DNA of 34,084 nt, from the NCBI GenBank assembly GCA_008632985.1, contig QPGO01000180.1:1-34084 (forward strand), in the 5' to 3' direction. Each line of letters starts with the position of its first letter. Positions within the stretch are counted from its first letter, which is position 1. This document shows positions 31,856 to 34,084 of this stretch, piece after piece. Below the pieces are notes generated by a model, which saw only the letters and a program-made list of their open reading frames with translations, was not told the origin of the DNA and searched no databases. Both the position numbers and the translations under genes were made by a program. This stretch comes from Psammoneis japonica. Taxonomy: Eukaryota.

Positions 31856-33290
31856 GGGCATTCTTTGTTTTTGGGAGAGACAAAAATGCCAAAGACTGCT
31901 GTGAATGCCTGGACGGTCGCATCGCCTGTTCGAAAGACGTCCTCTGAGCTGTTTGACGCAAACGCCTTTGGACCAATCTCCCCTCCGGCGTAAAACCCAA
32001 GGCAAGGGACATGTGGAAAGTACTTGTGAAACTTGTTAGCATCTGCCATTCTTTTTCCTAGTAGAGAGCGGCCAGCAGTTGGTCCTCGACCGTTGCAACT
32101 AAACATGATTGCACCCAACACGTCAAGGCTCTCACGCGACGCATCAGCGGCCACACCCTTGATGCACTTGTCTACATCATCTACACACGATTTCCCTTTA
32201 AGCGCAAACAAGGCAATCTCGGTTCCCTCGGACAAAGTGATGTGGTCAAGATCTCCAAAAAGATTGATTTCGTTGTCAAGGACCTCAAAGTCATCAACCA
32301 GCTGGAAGTTATCATCGGGACTACTTCGCACACCTAGGTACGTCATGTCGTTCGCTACAAGGTTTCCTAGAGAAGAGAATGGTACTGCCAACCCTTCCTC
32401 GTCTCGTACAGACCTAATTGCAAGGGTGGCGTCTTCATTGAGCATGTGTCCGGCTTCCTCTGCACGGTGAGGAGGTGCGGCAATCGAACCAACAAACAAG
32501 CGTTGCTGGGATAAATTGCCCAGCCCTCGAGATACAACACTTCGTAATGGCACATTTCCACCCATGGCCACCCCAAATACACCTCCAGTCACCTCGAAAA
32601 TGTGTGTATTGGATTCTTGTGGCGAACTGATATGGCCACTGTCGCACACGCCTCCTATAACTATGAGTCCGGAAACTGTCGTTGCAGCTGGTCAACAAAA
32701 TCATCAATGTCGTCAGGAAGGTCAAAACAGCAGTACACAACAAATGCCTTCCAGTACGACCTAACGCTTGATTTTTCTGCAAGAGGAGTTGCGCCTTGAA
32801 GGCTCTGTACCAGATTAGCTATATTCAGCTCGCCTTGCTGGCTGAAGGTAAGAAACTGAGTATCCGGACACGACGCCAACATGAGCGACACGCCACTCGA
32901 CGACTCTACGGTCTCTCCAATGTTGACTTGAATATCAGCTGATGTCACGCTTAGCATGGCTGTATCACGTGGCAGGCGCTCTCCCCAATCCATCAAAGAC
33001 TCCACATGCCTTTGGTGCTGCAAAGATCCGTCTTGACAAAATGCCAGGGCCAGATTCGGGGGGCCACGAATCTTTTCAAGAGCTTCGAGAAGCATGACCG
33101 ATTCCGGAACATGACGACGTGTGTGGGGATCCCAGCTTGCGGCTGCACTAAACTCGGGTCCAATCATCAATCGAGGGTACTCCTTGGTGACATAATACAT
33201 ACGACGACACGAGGTACCGAATCGCGATGAATCTTTCACGTTGAAGAAAGATACAACATTCATAATCACGTCACAAGGAATCGAATCCAT
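31762..33290 (-). CDS. F-box plus FIST-domain protein (FBXO22-like architecture); one apparent frameshift near 32665
   Basis: F-box-like MDSIPCDVIMNVVSFFNVKDSSRFGTSCRRMY. FIST-C motifs GAIMFSCNGRG, CLGFYAGGEIGP and FTAVFGIF. A frame change restores FPD-IVIGGVCDSG. Confidence 0.82.
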
Positions 33291-33847
33291 GGTTTCTTTT
33301 TGCATTGGCAGAGAGCAGCGACAGAGTGAGGAGTGAATGAGGAGTGAGGAGACAGCAAACAGCAACGCGCTGAACGCGCTGGCAAAAATTCCAAAATACG
33401 AAATACAGCAAAGCGGGAGCGGTGATAGGCGTCTGAGCTTCTAAACTTCAACATGGGCGTTAGTTATGTTACTTATGTTATTTTATGTTCGTGAAGCTCT
33501 TCATTCAAAGCAACCGATAGTGAAATTTTTGTATGTTCTAATGGATGTAGATGTTGATTTGAAGCAACGGGATTCGCTTTTGAAGTTTTGATGTTCGCTG
33601 TTCTTCGCGCCAAAATGACTGCGAGACCAGCAATCTTTTCCCTCAACGCGTTTTGGCGAATGAATAGGGCCCCTAATGTTTGCTTGGGTGGTAGGTTGGC
33701 AATTGGCAAGAGCATCCCACCCCTTCCATCACCATAGAACCCTAACACTTATAACAACATCGTCGGTATCGTAGGTTCTCCGTGTCGTACAAAGCCAAAA
33801 GGAAACTGAAAACAGCAACGGAAAAGTGCGTCGTCGCTTAAGACATC

Positions 33848-34084
33848 ATGTGGCGCAAGGCAAGAGAGAAGCGCTCCAAGCGCACAACGACGGTGATCCG
33901 TGATCAAACTAGCCGATGCAAAAACGAACGAATCATTGAAGAAGTGTCGGAACAGGAGAACTTACAAAAAGACTGCTCTAATAGGACAACGCTATCTGGT
34001 ACCACAGAACCTCTCTCTCCGTCTGATGATGAGGCAGAGGGTGATTCGGAGAGTGAACCCGAAGAGCGTTGCATCTTTGAGCAG
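33848..34084 (+). CDS. 5' end of a hypothetical protein, open to the window edge
   Basis: ATG at 33848 (MWRKAREKRSKR...) with no stop before the window end and an acidic tract SDDEAEGDSESEPEE. Confidence 0.45.
   Translation, partial: MWRKAREKRSKRTTTVIRDQTSRCKNERIIEEVSEQENLQKDCSNRTTLSGTTEPLSPSDDEAEGDSESEPEERCIFEQ

Noticed and set aside
33473..33748. 91-aa minus-strand ORF starting LGFYGDG, faintly like the FIST C-terminal motif
   Set aside because: Non-ATG start and too little similarity.

Overview
Eukaryotic, gene-dense DNA with short GT-AG introns. It is most consistent with a pennate diatom: bipartite plastid-targeting peptides, an LCIB/theta-carbonic anhydrase, and a diatom-type Ty1/copia relic. 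Genes: LCIB/theta-CA, cyclophilin, RNase T2, a secreted unknown protein, TMEM184/OST-alpha, two tandem plastid-type myo-inositol dehydrogenases, an FCP1/NIF-type HAD phosphatase, molybdenum cofactor sulfurase, CBP20, an ankyrin protein, NADH-cytochrome b5 reductase, a COQ10-like START protein and an F-box/FIST protein. The most striking signal is compositional. Two sharply bounded islands (about 4620-5880 and 9640-17440) have lost almost all TpA dinucleotides (none seen by eye over 9635-12170) and many CpG, with both apparently converted to TpG/CpA. Conserved retrotransposon Tyr residues read as Cys/His. This looks like a repeat-targeted A:T>G:C hypermutation running opposite to fungal RIP. 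Other highlights: a 28-Cys metallothionein-like module inserted in the cytochrome b5 reductase, a gene-conversion-like tract between the inositol dehydrogenase paralogs, and a foldback element nested in the retrotransposon. Several genes carry 1-nt frameshifts that look like long-read assembly errors.
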